A DNA stretch of 62,237 nucleotides from positions 1 to 62,237 of the IMG/VR virus record IMGVR_UViG_3300016665_000348; one strand, written 5' to 3'. Under the pieces are notes generated by a model. The model made no database searches. It saw only the letters and a program-made list of their open reading frames with translations, and was not told the DNA's origin. This document shows positions 49,869 through 58,233 of this stretch, one piece after another (position 1 is the stretch's first letter; each line of letters starts with the position of its first letter). The stretch is from a virus. Lineage: Duplodnaviria > Caudoviricetes. Position numbers and translations under genes: made by a program.

Positions 49869-50156
49869 ATGATTTTGGGAGAAGAGCGTAGAAATCTAGT
49901 TCTGGGTTTAAACAAGTTTTTCTTGTTTGAGCTACGAAAGATTTTGTGGAAAAACGCTCTATCTGCTCAGGAATTTGTTTCGTATGTGATAAAGTTGTTA
50001 GTTACGGGCGATCAAAGAGTTTATGACATAATGATCGAAGCTAAAAAAGATAAAGCGAAAAAAACTTCGATCAGCCTTTTGCATACAGATGAAGAAAGCC
50101 TGTATAGTCTGATTGAGCAGACCTTGAAAGAGAACAAGGTCAACGAAAGAGAGTAA
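49869..50156 (+). CDS. Hypothetical protein
   Basis: 95 aa; GGAGG Shine-Dalgarno. Confidence 0.65.
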   Translation: MILGEERRNLVLGLNKFFLFELRKILWKNALSAQEFVSYVIKLLVTGDQRVYDIMIEAKKDKAKKTSISLLHTDEESLYSLIEQTLKENKVNERE

Positions 50157-50161
50157 AGACA

Positions 50162-50578
50162 ATGAAGACAGTAAAAGAGTTGGTGAGGTCAGTTTTAAGC
50201 AAACTGGTTGAAGTTATCCAGGTAAACTTTCTTGATAACAAACCTGGACTATACACACCAAAAGACAATCCTGAGTTGATCCGGGCTGTTACTGAAACCA
50301 TGCAAGAAAAAAACTCTACTTTCATTCTAAAAAGACTAGAAGACATATCTGGAAAAATCAGTGATCTGGAAAAAGCCATCTATCATATCGCTGTAAAACA
50401 AACAGATGTTGTTTCGAGTCAAAAGTCATTGCACGAGATTGCTGTTGCCAATAGCACAATCCTTGAAGAGATGATTCACCTTGTTGACCATGGAAGTGAA
50501 TTGGCATCCGAACCAGAAGATGGTTTTCTGGTTGATGCTTGGGAAATAAAAAACGGTACACATTCTACTAACAACTGA
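50162..50578 (+). CDS. Hypothetical coiled-coil protein
   Basis: 138-aa ORF in an operon. Confidence 0.6.
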   Translation: MKTVKELVRSVLSKLVEVIQVNFLDNKPGLYTPKDNPELIRAVTETMQEKNSTFILKRLEDISGKISDLEKAIYHIAVKQTDVVSSQKSLHEIAVANSTILEEMIHLVDHGSELASEPEDGFLVDAWEIKNGTHSTNN

Positions 50579-50589
50579 AAGAACAAAAC

Positions 50590-51018
50590 ATGCCAATCTG
50601 GCTAATAAAAATTAAAACGGTGGCTCAAAGCATATTGCTTTGGATTAAAGGAAACTGGCTTTTGCTGTTAATTTCAGCAGGAATGCTATATGCTTTGTTT
50701 TTGGCCAAAAACAAAGCAAGTATGCTTGAACAACTCTTAGAAGAGTTTAAAGATCAACAAGCACAAAACAAACAGCAGCTTGAGAATCTAAGGAAAGTAC
50801 AGCAAGAACAGATTGCGAAACAGCTTGAGATCAATGCGAAGTACAACCAAGTTCTGGCACATATTCAGGCAAACTATCAAGAGCAACTTCAAACTTTAAA
50901 TTCTGAAAAAGAAAAAGATCTAAAGCGCATTGTTGCTACCAACAAAGATGATCCTTCAGCCATGGCAAGAGACATCAACATCTTGTTTGGTATTCCAATC
51001 TATCCAACCCAGGAATGA
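50590..51018 (+). CDS. Putative i-spanin-like membrane protein
   Basis: N-terminal TM helix (WLLLLISAGMLYALFL) followed by a Gln-rich coiled coil. Confidence 0.55.
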   Translation: MPIWLIKIKTVAQSILLWIKGNWLLLLISAGMLYALFLAKNKASMLEQLLEEFKDQQAQNKQQLENLRKVQQEQIAKQLEINAKYNQVLAHIQANYQEQLQTLNSEKEKDLKRIVATNKDDPSAMARDINILFGIPIYPTQE

Positions 51019-51021
51019 TTC

Positions 51022-51624
51022 ATGCATAAAAAAGTCATTTCATTTTTCTTTTTATTTCTTGCATTTATCAATGCATTCGGCTGTAGTAGCAATCAGGGTT
51101 TAAGACCGACTTCATCCCTTGCGGATAGTTCGGTGTTAATGCCAGTTGATGCTCAACTCTTGGGTTTACCAGAGTTCTCAGATGCTCAAGTGCCCACAGA
51201 TGCTTCCATGCCCGTTTTTAGTGCTCAGAACGGAGAGCAGATTGTTCCATTGCGGCAAGATGCTTCTGCGCCTTTCAACGGTGTTTTGTTCAATGGGTCA
51301 GCAGTTGCAAGATTGACTGTTGAATTTCAATCTCAACAACAGCGTTGTTTGATTGATAGAAGACATGATGCCGATCTTTTAATCGCTCGCTATAATGCTG
51401 ATATAGCATCTTTAAACCTTGCGAGGTCTACAGAAGCTCAAACAGCAAGCATTCTACTTTCAGGAAGAGATCAAGACATAGCAAGGCTTCAAAGACTGTT
51501 AACAACTCAAGTGAATGACAACTCTGGTCCACATATCGGTGAAGGCTTGATTTGGGCAAGTGGTGGTGTTATCTTGGGTGTGCTATTGGTCGGCGGTATT
51601 GTTCTTCTGGTAAACTCCAACTAA
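51022..51624 (+). CDS. Putative spanin-like lipoprotein
   Basis: Signal peptide with lipobox AFG|C, a coiled coil and a C-terminal hydrophobic helix. Confidence 0.55.
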   Translation: MHKKVISFFFLFLAFINAFGCSSNQGLRPTSSLADSSVLMPVDAQLLGLPEFSDAQVPTDASMPVFSAQNGEQIVPLRQDASAPFNGVLFNGSAVARLTVEFQSQQQRCLIDRRHDADLLIARYNADIASLNLARSTEAQTASILLSGRDQDIARLQRLLTTQVNDNSGPHIGEGLIWASGGVILGVLLVGGIVLLVNSN

Positions 51625-51679
51625 CTTCCATTCTCCCTTTCTTTGTCAGTTGATCTATTTAACTGATAAAGGTGTCTAT

Positions 51680-51979
51680 ATGTGGATAAAAAATACTTCT
51701 GGGCAAAAGTCTGCAAGCTTGACTTTTGTTTCCATTGCCTTTACAGTTGTTACACTCTGGTTGGTGGTTTCGATTGTCTCTAAAATCGGACACATTGAAA
51801 TTCGCCAATTTGACGCAGCATCAGCCATGGCATATCTTACTCCTCTGTTGGCTTTGTACTTCGGACGACGTTGGACGGACGGCAAGAGCACACTTGACAT
51901 GGACCCTGGAGATGCTGTACAGTCTAAGAGTAACGAAAACACGAGATCTTCAGACAGTTCTGAAGACACTGTAAAGTAA
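51680..51979 (+). CDS. Putative holin-like membrane protein
   Basis: Two hydrophobic segments and a charged C-terminal tail; follows the spanin-like genes. Confidence 0.5.
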   Translation: MWIKNTSGQKSASLTFVSIAFTVVTLWLVVSIVSKIGHIEIRQFDAASAMAYLTPLLALYFGRRWTDGKSTLDMDPGDAVQSKSNENTRSSDSSEDTVK

Positions 51980-52014
51980 TCACGCACTCTTGAAGGAGTG
52001 CAAGAAAGAAACTC

Positions 52015-52851
52015 ATGGCACTCAGCGCATCTTGGAAAAAACTTACAGAAACCGTTTTGTCTGGTAAAGAAACAGCAGAGTTTTCTGCTTGGGCAAAACG
52101 AGCATATTTTGGCCCGAATAATGTTGACAAACCTTGGTATCGCGAAGGAGTGACAGAGGAGACTGTTCTTGAGGAGTTTCTGCGTCCTCAAAGTCCAATT
52201 TCGCCCGAGGCTCTATTGGAAGTTTGGAAAGCCATTCCGGGGCTCCAGGCGGCTTTGGGTCGGTTGGAGGAAAGTGATCTTGACAGTGTTGCAGACTACC
52301 TGGAACGCAACAATGAGGAGACGGCCAAGCAGAAGTATACCAAGGGCGAAAAGACTCTAAAGAGCATGGCGCCCATGTTGGGTACTATCACTGGAACAAT
52401 GGTGAACAAGCTCTTCGTTTCCGGTCGAGATAAACTGCAAAGACTCACAGGTAATATATCTTTTGAGGATATGGATGCTGATGAGCTACTTGATCTCTAT
52501 AACAAGATAGAAGATGCTCAAGAGCAAGCGGCGAAAGAATATGCTTCTTCTCTTTTGCTTTTTAAAGGTGACATCGTTTCCTTCATCAAACACCAGATTG
52601 AATCTCTCAATCTAACGAATAATGAAGCGAACCTGATTACCGAAGAGGAATACATTGGTTTGCGAATTCTTTCTGAAATGGAATACAACAAAATCATCAA
52701 TGTTCTTCTAGGTGATCTTGATTCAGAAATCAATCTTTTTCGTGGTTTTCAAAACGCAGCTTCTAAAAAAATCTTCCCTCGCCGCTCCGGGCGCCCAAAA
52801 GGTTCTGGAAAGAAACAGAAAGAGGCCGTGGAGCTCGAAGAAGATTTCTGA
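52015..52851 (+). CDS. Hypothetical protein with C-terminal AT-hook-like motif
   Basis: RRSGRPKGSGKK near the C-terminus; AGGAG Shine-Dalgarno. Confidence 0.65.
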   Translation: MALSASWKKLTETVLSGKETAEFSAWAKRAYFGPNNVDKPWYREGVTEETVLEEFLRPQSPISPEALLEVWKAIPGLQAALGRLEESDLDSVADYLERNNEETAKQKYTKGEKTLKSMAPMLGTITGTMVNKLFVSGRDKLQRLTGNISFEDMDADELLDLYNKIEDAQEQAAKEYASSLLLFKGDIVSFIKHQIESLNLTNNEANLITEEEYIGLRILSEMEYNKIINVLLGDLDSEINLFRGFQNAASKKIFPRRSGRPKGSGKKQKEAVELEEDF

Positions 52852-52882
52852 GCAATGCTAGGCTAATTACGGTTGATTCCGT

Positions 52883-53209
52883 ATGGAACTAAAGACAGAA
52901 CCTCCGATAAGCAAATCGACCAACTCTTACAAGGGTTGGTCGATTGAACCTTTTGAACACTCAGCCAGCAAAACGTTTAAGTTCACAACAGAAGAAGCAA
53001 TGAACCAATTTAGCTTACTGTTGTTGGTAAGTGAGCACGATAAGAACATCAACCTTTCTTTATCGGAAAACCACAAAGACTTGCAAGTGCAAGTTGATAT
53101 CTTTGGCAAGGACTTCCGAGAGGAAATGAAGGGGTTAATTCGAGCCATAGAAGAGTGGTATTGCCATACTGAATTAAAGGAAAAATCTCATGGATTTTGG
53201 TTCTGGTAG
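52883..53209 (+). CDS. Pterin-4a-carbinolamine dehydratase-like fold protein (degenerate)
   Basis: GWSI...SKTFKF..EEAMNQF...SEH resembles PCD but lacks the catalytic HHP. Confidence 0.4.
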   Translation: MELKTEPPISKSTNSYKGWSIEPFEHSASKTFKFTTEEAMNQFSLLLLVSEHDKNINLSLSENHKDLQVQVDIFGKDFREEMKGLIRAIEEWYCHTELKEKSHGFWFW

Positions 53210-53618
53210 TGAGAAGTTGCTCGTAAGCAAAGGTGCTGAAGCTTTTGACCCTGATTCTTTAATGGATGATGATGGCTATTCCGCCTCTGCTCCATCAAGC
53301 ACCAAGGCGCTAGTTTTCCTTTGTTTTGAAGATGAATCTGGCAAGACGATTGAGATCGTAGGTATTTTTCACAGCATCTCTTTTCAGAGTTGTTTGAAGT
53401 TGAAATTTCAAGGCGTTTCTCTGGCCGCCATCAATCTTGTAAATGCTTGTTCGGCCAACAGTCTGCATCTTGTAAACGCATTCATCCTAATTGAAGGGGA
53501 GAAAAAACAAATCCACACCTCTTCCAAACAGAAAACATTGATTGATGTACATGTTGAAGTTTTATCTGATGCCAAACAAGCTGTAGTTTCGATTGTTCTG
53601 GGTGAAAGCAATAATTAA
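53190..53618 (+). CDS. Hypothetical protein
   Basis: 142 aa; AAGGA Shine-Dalgarno. Confidence 0.6.
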   Translation: MDFGSGSEKLLVSKGAEAFDPDSLMDDDGYSASAPSSTKALVFLCFEDESGKTIEIVGIFHSISFQSCLKLKFQGVSLAAINLVNACSANSLHLVNAFILIEGEKKQIHTSSKQKTLIDVHVEVLSDAKQAVVSIVLGESNN

Positions 53619-53623
53619 CATGT

Positions 53624-53818
53624 ATGGCAAACCCAAATGATGCACCACTAGATTTCTTCAAGTTCATGGATGACACCATCAAACGTGAAGAAGAAAAGAA
53701 CAAGGTTGTTCTTCCAGGTCCAACAACCAAAGAGTCCTACAACCCAAATCGTGAATATCAGAACAGATACTCTCATAGAGTGTTTGATCGTATGTGGATT
53801 GGTCCAAAACGATACTGA
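53624..53818 (+). CDS. Hypothetical protein
   Basis: 64 aa; TAATTA 6 nt upstream. Confidence 0.6.
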   Translation: MANPNDAPLDFFKFMDDTIKREEEKNKVVLPGPTTKESYNPNREYQNRYSHRVFDRMWIGPKRY

Positions 53819-53841
53819 TTAACACTCAACAGGAGAACACC

Positions 53842-54573
53842 ATGTCAAGAAAACTTTACTTGGCTTCACTATTAACCGAAGCCGTTCGCATTGTAAAAGA
53901 AGCCCAGCAGCCCCCAGCAGCCCCTCCAGCGCCCCCAGCAGGCACCCAAGCCGTTCCGGCTTCTCCGGTTCCTCCATCGCCTGCAACGAATGCGCAGGGG
54001 CCATCAGGAGCCGATCCTAATGCACCCCCACCAGCAGGCGGGGAACAGCCAAAGCCTTTTGACTTGGATGTTTTAATTGACCGTTTGAATGTTATCAGAG
54101 GAGGCAAGTCTTTTGCCGATCCAGAGGTATATGGGCAATTAACAACATATTTTAATGGCTTGAACGACACTGACAAAGCTGTTATTGATAGATTTTTGCA
54201 GAGTATTGGCAAAATAGTTATTCAAGTTGACAACAACCAGAACAGTGGTAGCAACACAGCACAACCACCAATGAACCAAACACCAGCAGCGCCTCCAGCA
54301 CCGGCTGCATCGGCTGCACCTATGCAAGAAGCTCTTGAGCCTTTTCGAGAAGATGTTATTCTAGAAAGCGTCAAAGAGGGTGTTCGTTTTAGATTTGGGA
54401 ACAAAGAGATGGATTTCGGTTCTTCCGACCATCTGAAAGTTTTGAAGTATATGCTTCATGGCTTGCAAAACCTTCGAGACTGTTATCAGGTCGGTTCCGC
54501 GAATAGACATGTCTATGCCAGTGCTTGTCACAAGCTGCGAAAACTGATCGCAAAACATGGCTCCGTAAACTGA
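53842..54573 (+). CDS. Pro/Ala-rich hypothetical protein, possible processed head protein
   Basis: AGGAG Shine-Dalgarno; MSRKLYLASLLTE..IVKE, PMQE and ILE sites bracket Pro-rich linkers. Confidence 0.65.
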   Translation: MSRKLYLASLLTEAVRIVKEAQQPPAAPPAPPAGTQAVPASPVPPSPATNAQGPSGADPNAPPPAGGEQPKPFDLDVLIDRLNVIRGGKSFADPEVYGQLTTYFNGLNDTDKAVIDRFLQSIGKIVIQVDNNQNSGSNTAQPPMNQTPAAPPAPAASAAPMQEALEPFREDVILESVKEGVRFRFGNKEMDFGSSDHLKVLKYMLHGLQNLRDCYQVGSANRHVYASACHKLRKLIAKHGSVN

Positions 54574-54635
54574 TGCATTTTTCTCTTGCACACAACCAGC
54601 AGTCATGTTAACTTCTTAAAACACAAGGAGACACC

Positions 54636-54830
54636 ATGGCCCGCAAAAATGAAAAGCAAATGCCCAAGCGTCGTAACGCACTCGCCTTTCTTGCGCGAGC
54701 ACAGTTTCGTGCAACCAGCTTTGATCACAAGGCTGAGGCTCGTGGTGGCGACACCAACAAAATGTCTGAATACATGGAAGAATACCTGGATTCTCAAAAC
54801 GGCGATGAAGATCTGCTTGAATACGAGTGA
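54636..54830 (+). CDS. Hypothetical protein
   Basis: AAGGAG Shine-Dalgarno; TTGCAC-N17-TAACTT upstream. Confidence 0.65.
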   Translation: MARKNEKQMPKRRNALAFLARAQFRATSFDHKAEARGGDTNKMSEYMEEYLDSQNGDEDLLEYE

Positions 54831-54969
54831 ATCCTGAAAGAAATCTCTTGCTAAAAATCATCTACTATGGCACAGTAAGTTTGGCTGCATTACTTTTTGG
54901 TTCGCTTTGCATACTGTACATTGCAGTCATCTTCAAACACTGTTGACAATCCAAAAACAAAATAAAAAC

Positions 54970-55827
54970 ATGACAACACCCAACCGACTAGAATTCAAGC
55001 CAGCTAAAGCAGCCAAGCGCATTTGTTTTGAAAGCAAATACATCGCAAAAGGTGACAGAGTGTATATCGCACCTTGGGAAGATGTTTTTGTCATTGCCAT
55101 TAACAGTGAGGATTTCTTCATTGCAACCAATGCGCAAACTATGGAGTTTGTTGTCGCACTCGATGCAAACGAAGCGCAGCAAGCTTCCGGGGAAGAACTC
55201 CCACAGATCCTCCCAACAAATTCCAAGTTTCACTGGACGGTTCAATGCGGTATTTCATGCCTTGATTACTGTGATGAAACAATCAAGGAAACCAAGGTTT
55301 TTGCAACTCGCCCAGAAGCCGATGAATATGTTGCATTTTTGCACGACGGTAAACTTGACAACAAAAGATATTTCATTCGTATTCGCGGACCCGGCTTTTA
55401 TTCTATTAAAAGACCGAATAAGCTAAAGGTTGTAAAGGTGCAAAAGAAGACAAGTCGATCTGAAAATTTTCCGCAAATCGTTCCAATAGACGGGTATGAT
55501 ATAGTGGGAAGGATGAGGCTTGAGGCAGAACCAATCCCAGCAGTTCCGATGAACACTGGTAACAACCCTGCACTGTGGTCAAGAGAGTTGGCAGCAGAAG
55601 CAAGAGCAGAAGCAGAAGCAGTAAGAGCAGAAGCAGAAACAGCAAGAGCAGAAGCAGAAGCAGAAACAGCAAGAATACATGTAGCAAGACCAAGAAGATC
55701 AGCAAGAGTAGACGCAGCAAGACTAGAAGAAACAGGAGAAGTAAGAATGTTGGATACAACAACCTATTACAATGATGGTTTTTGGGACGCAAATATGACG
55801 CAAGCACGTAGCCGTCGCACACGTTGA
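54970..55827 (+). CDS. Hypothetical protein with Ala/Glu/Arg low-complexity repeat
   Basis: ATG at 54970; AEARAEAEAVRAEAETARAE tract. Confidence 0.6.
   Translation: MTTPNRLEFKPAKAAKRICFESKYIAKGDRVYIAPWEDVFVIAINSEDFFIATNAQTMEFVVALDANEAQQASGEELPQILPTNSKFHWTVQCGISCLDYCDETIKETKVFATRPEADEYVAFLHDGKLDNKRYFIRIRGPGFYSIKRPNKLKVVKVQKKTSRSENFPQIVPIDGYDIVGRMRLEAEPIPAVPMNTGNNPALWSRELAAEARAEAEAVRAEAETARAEAEAETARIHVARPRRSARVDAARLEETGEVRMLDTTTYYNDGFWDANMTQARSRRTR
55591..55746 (+). repeat. Imperfect GCAGAA/GCAAGA tandem repeat within a CDS
   Basis: Purine-rich run of GCAGAA units; nearly all codons end in A. Confidence 0.8.
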
Positions 55828-55853
55828 CAAATCCCATAATCACCACTGAATAA

Positions 55854-55889
55854 AAAAAGCCTCGTTGGTTTAAACCAACGAGGCTTTTT
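55854..55889. terminator. Perfect 36-bp palindrome, probable bidirectional terminator
   Basis: AAAAAGCCTCGTTGGTTT|AAACCAACGAGGCTTTTT. Confidence 0.8.
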
Positions 55890-55974
55890 GTCTTTAATCT
55901 TCTCTCTTTCAAAGATAAGTGGAACATTACCAGGGAAGGGAGAGAAAGGGGGAGAAGTAGACTATACTATAGTC

Positions 55975-56451
55975 ATGGTAACAACAGTACACAGAGTGGG
56001 CGTCACGGGGCATAGAACGTTATTACAGAAATATTCTGAGGTATACAATTCAACAAAACAACTGCTAAAGCAGATTGTTGATGAGCATTCCCGTGTTGAG
56101 GTCAACACGGGAATGGCTATTGGGTTTGATCAGCTTGTTTGTGAAGTTTGTTTGGAATTAAACATTCCTTATGTTGCTGCTGTTCCTTGCGAAAGACAAG
56201 AAGCATTATGGCCTGAAGCACAAAAGAAACGTTACGCAGAACTTTTGTTATTAGCAGATCGTGTTGTATTAGTGAATCCTGGGCCTTATGAGGCTTGGAA
56301 AATGCACGCACGGAATGGCTGGATTGTCCAAAACTCTGATGAGATGGTTGTACATTGGGACGGGTTTTATCAGGGTGGGACTGGAAATTGCATGAAACTG
56401 GTAAGGTCGAAAAAGCTGACCTTTAAGAATACTGCTGTTATTCTTCCTTGA
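55975..56451 (+). CDS. SLOG superfamily protein (YspA/DUF1273-like)
   Basis: VGVTGHR, TGMAIGFDQ, AAVPC..QEALW, RNGWIV..SD..V.HWDG..GGTGNC. Confidence 0.85.
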   Translation: MVTTVHRVGVTGHRTLLQKYSEVYNSTKQLLKQIVDEHSRVEVNTGMAIGFDQLVCEVCLELNIPYVAAVPCERQEALWPEAQKKRYAELLLLADRVVLVNPGPYEAWKMHARNGWIVQNSDEMVVHWDGFYQGGTGNCMKLVRSKKLTFKNTAVILP

Positions 56452-56776
56452 TCTCTTCCCATTTCAACCTGCCTTTAACGATTCGTTTCAACTCAACTAG
56501 CAGGATATAGCCAATAACAACTTTCCCTGTTTTGCTGGAAGCAATCACTTTGGCATAGTCTTTACCAAACATCACAAGATGAGCAACCACCAAAAGGGTT
56601 GTTAAAGCTGGTGCGGGACAAACCTCGAAAATGACTGTGTTGTTTTCGAGGTTTTTGTTTCGACTGTTTTGGCGACTGATAATTGTTCTGTAAACAATGA
56701 ATGATGGGATTCGTCTATCAACAACATAAAACGAGTTAAGAAGTAGTTTCTTAACTCGTTTTTTCTTTCTACCCAT
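56438..56776 (-). CDS. Basic hypothetical protein
   Basis: 112 aa; TAATTA 6 nt upstream. Confidence 0.55.
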   Translation of the reverse strand: MGRKKKRVKKLLLNSFYVVDRRIPSFIVYRTIISRQNSRNKNLENNTVIFEVCPAPALTTLLVVAHLVMFGKDYAKVIASSKTGKVVIGYILLVELKRIVKGRLKWEEIKEE

Positions 56777-56792
56777 TAAGTTTAATTAGACA

Positions 56793-58100
56793 TTATTCCT
56801 TTGAATTTTTTGACATCCTGAAGATAAGATCTTCAGGACGCCCAATTTTGTGAACTCCATTCCCGGTAAGAACCCAAAGAACCTTGCAGCCAACAACTGG
56901 CTTCATTGGGTCAGCATAGCCATCTGTGAGGATCACAATCCCTGCCCATTTTCCTCTGTTAGCCGGACTGTTCACGAAGTCTGCAACTGCGTTGAAGTTG
57001 GTTCCACCACTTCTCGTTCGTTTCCAAGGGAATTTTTGCCCTTTGCGCCAAACCTTGTGCGAATCCAGGTCAATGTTTGTATCGAAGTTGTAAACGTCAA
57101 TTTCGCTTTCTTTGCTTGCCAGTTCAACTTCTGCAAAAGCTGCCGAAACATCTTTGTTGCTCATAGATCCAGACTGATCAATGAAAAAAGCAAACCGAGC
57201 AATCGAACCCCGTTTTACACCGGGCATAATACCTGGTAGTTTTTTTGAGATTTTCTTGATCGTGCTAATGCGTGTCAGAATTCTTGTTCTGCCAAAAAAC
57301 ATCTTCATGATTTCTGACCAAGCAATTTCACCACGCATCGAATCACGGAGCTCTTTTTGAATATTTTTGGGAACAGAGCCCCAAGCGTTGTTCTGATCAG
57401 CCCTGTCAATTGCATCTTTAATGTGGTTGCGTAGTTTGTCAAGAACCATGTCTTTCATCCCTTCTGGGATGTTTCGCCAAAACTCATGATCATCCATCGC
57501 AGAAGGCAATTCCAAGTTTGGGTTGTCTCGCAGGATCTTTTTGATGTCTTCAAAGTAAAGCTCTGCTGACAGCATCGGTTTGGCGTTAGTAATGTAATCT
57601 GTCAAAGGCCCAGGCTTGCTTTTTGCAGGTTTTTTTCCTGGGATCAAACCGATTGATGGAAGTTTGTTTGCTGGGATCAAACTGTTTACTGCAAGGTCTG
57701 TTGCAACGTTCCAAATCCTGGCTTCACGATTGTCGTTTACATATCGTTCAGTAATGTGCATCAAGACCACATGCAAGATTTCATGCATGATAACTCCCTG
57801 AGTTTTTTCACTCTTCAGATGTCGAAAAAAATAAGGGTTAAAGCCAAAAACAAGCTCTAAACTATCCGGTTCAATAGCGATGTATGCTGTGTCACAAGTC
57901 GGATCAATCACTTTTCTTGTTGCCATTCCAACAAATGACAGAAATGGCTCCGACATGTACAGTTCCATGAAATACGGTTCAAACTCTCTATAAGAGAAAG
58001 TTTCGTTCTCTGTATGAGGTTGTCCCCAAAAACGATCTAGCTCTTTGTTGCTTGTTGCGCTTGTTGCCATTTTCAGCATTTTCTGGGTGTAGAAATTCAT
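56793..58100 (-). CDS. Metallopeptidase-vWA protein (DUF2201-like)
   Basis: HEILH, WNVATDLAVN, DDHEFW and MIDAS motifs IDQSGSM, GGTNF, LTDGY. Confidence 0.85.
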   Translation of the reverse strand: MNFYTQKMLKMATSATSNKELDRFWGQPHTENETFSYREFEPYFMELYMSEPFLSFVGMATRKVIDPTCDTAYIAIEPDSLELVFGFNPYFFRHLKSEKTQGVIMHEILHVVLMHITERYVNDNREARIWNVATDLAVNSLIPANKLPSIGLIPGKKPAKSKPGPLTDYITNAKPMLSAELYFEDIKKILRDNPNLELPSAMDDHEFWRNIPEGMKDMVLDKLRNHIKDAIDRADQNNAWGSVPKNIQKELRDSMRGEIAWSEIMKMFFGRTRILTRISTIKKISKKLPGIMPGVKRGSIARFAFFIDQSGSMSNKDVSAAFAEVELASKESEIDVYNFDTNIDLDSHKVWRKGQKFPWKRTRSGGTNFNAVADFVNSPANRGKWAGIVILTDGYADPMKPVVGCKVLWVLTGNGVHKIGRPEDLIFRMSKNSKE

Positions 58101-58233
58101 GTTGAACAGTGTAACATGTGTAAAGCCCAGAGAAAACAAAATATTCTCAAAATAGTTTTGTTATTGGGTTTACATCTTCAAAAGATGTGATATTGTATAT
58201 TAGTCACGCAGTATTATTCAAACAGGAACAAAC

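Noticed and set aside
55591-55746. CRISPR array or non-coding repeat
   Set aside because: Units are 6-nt in-frame codon repeats with no unique spacers.
55406-55927. Poly-Leu ORF on the minus strand and Ser/Arg ORF 55575-55775
   Set aside because: Both are shadow translations of the GCAGAA repeat.
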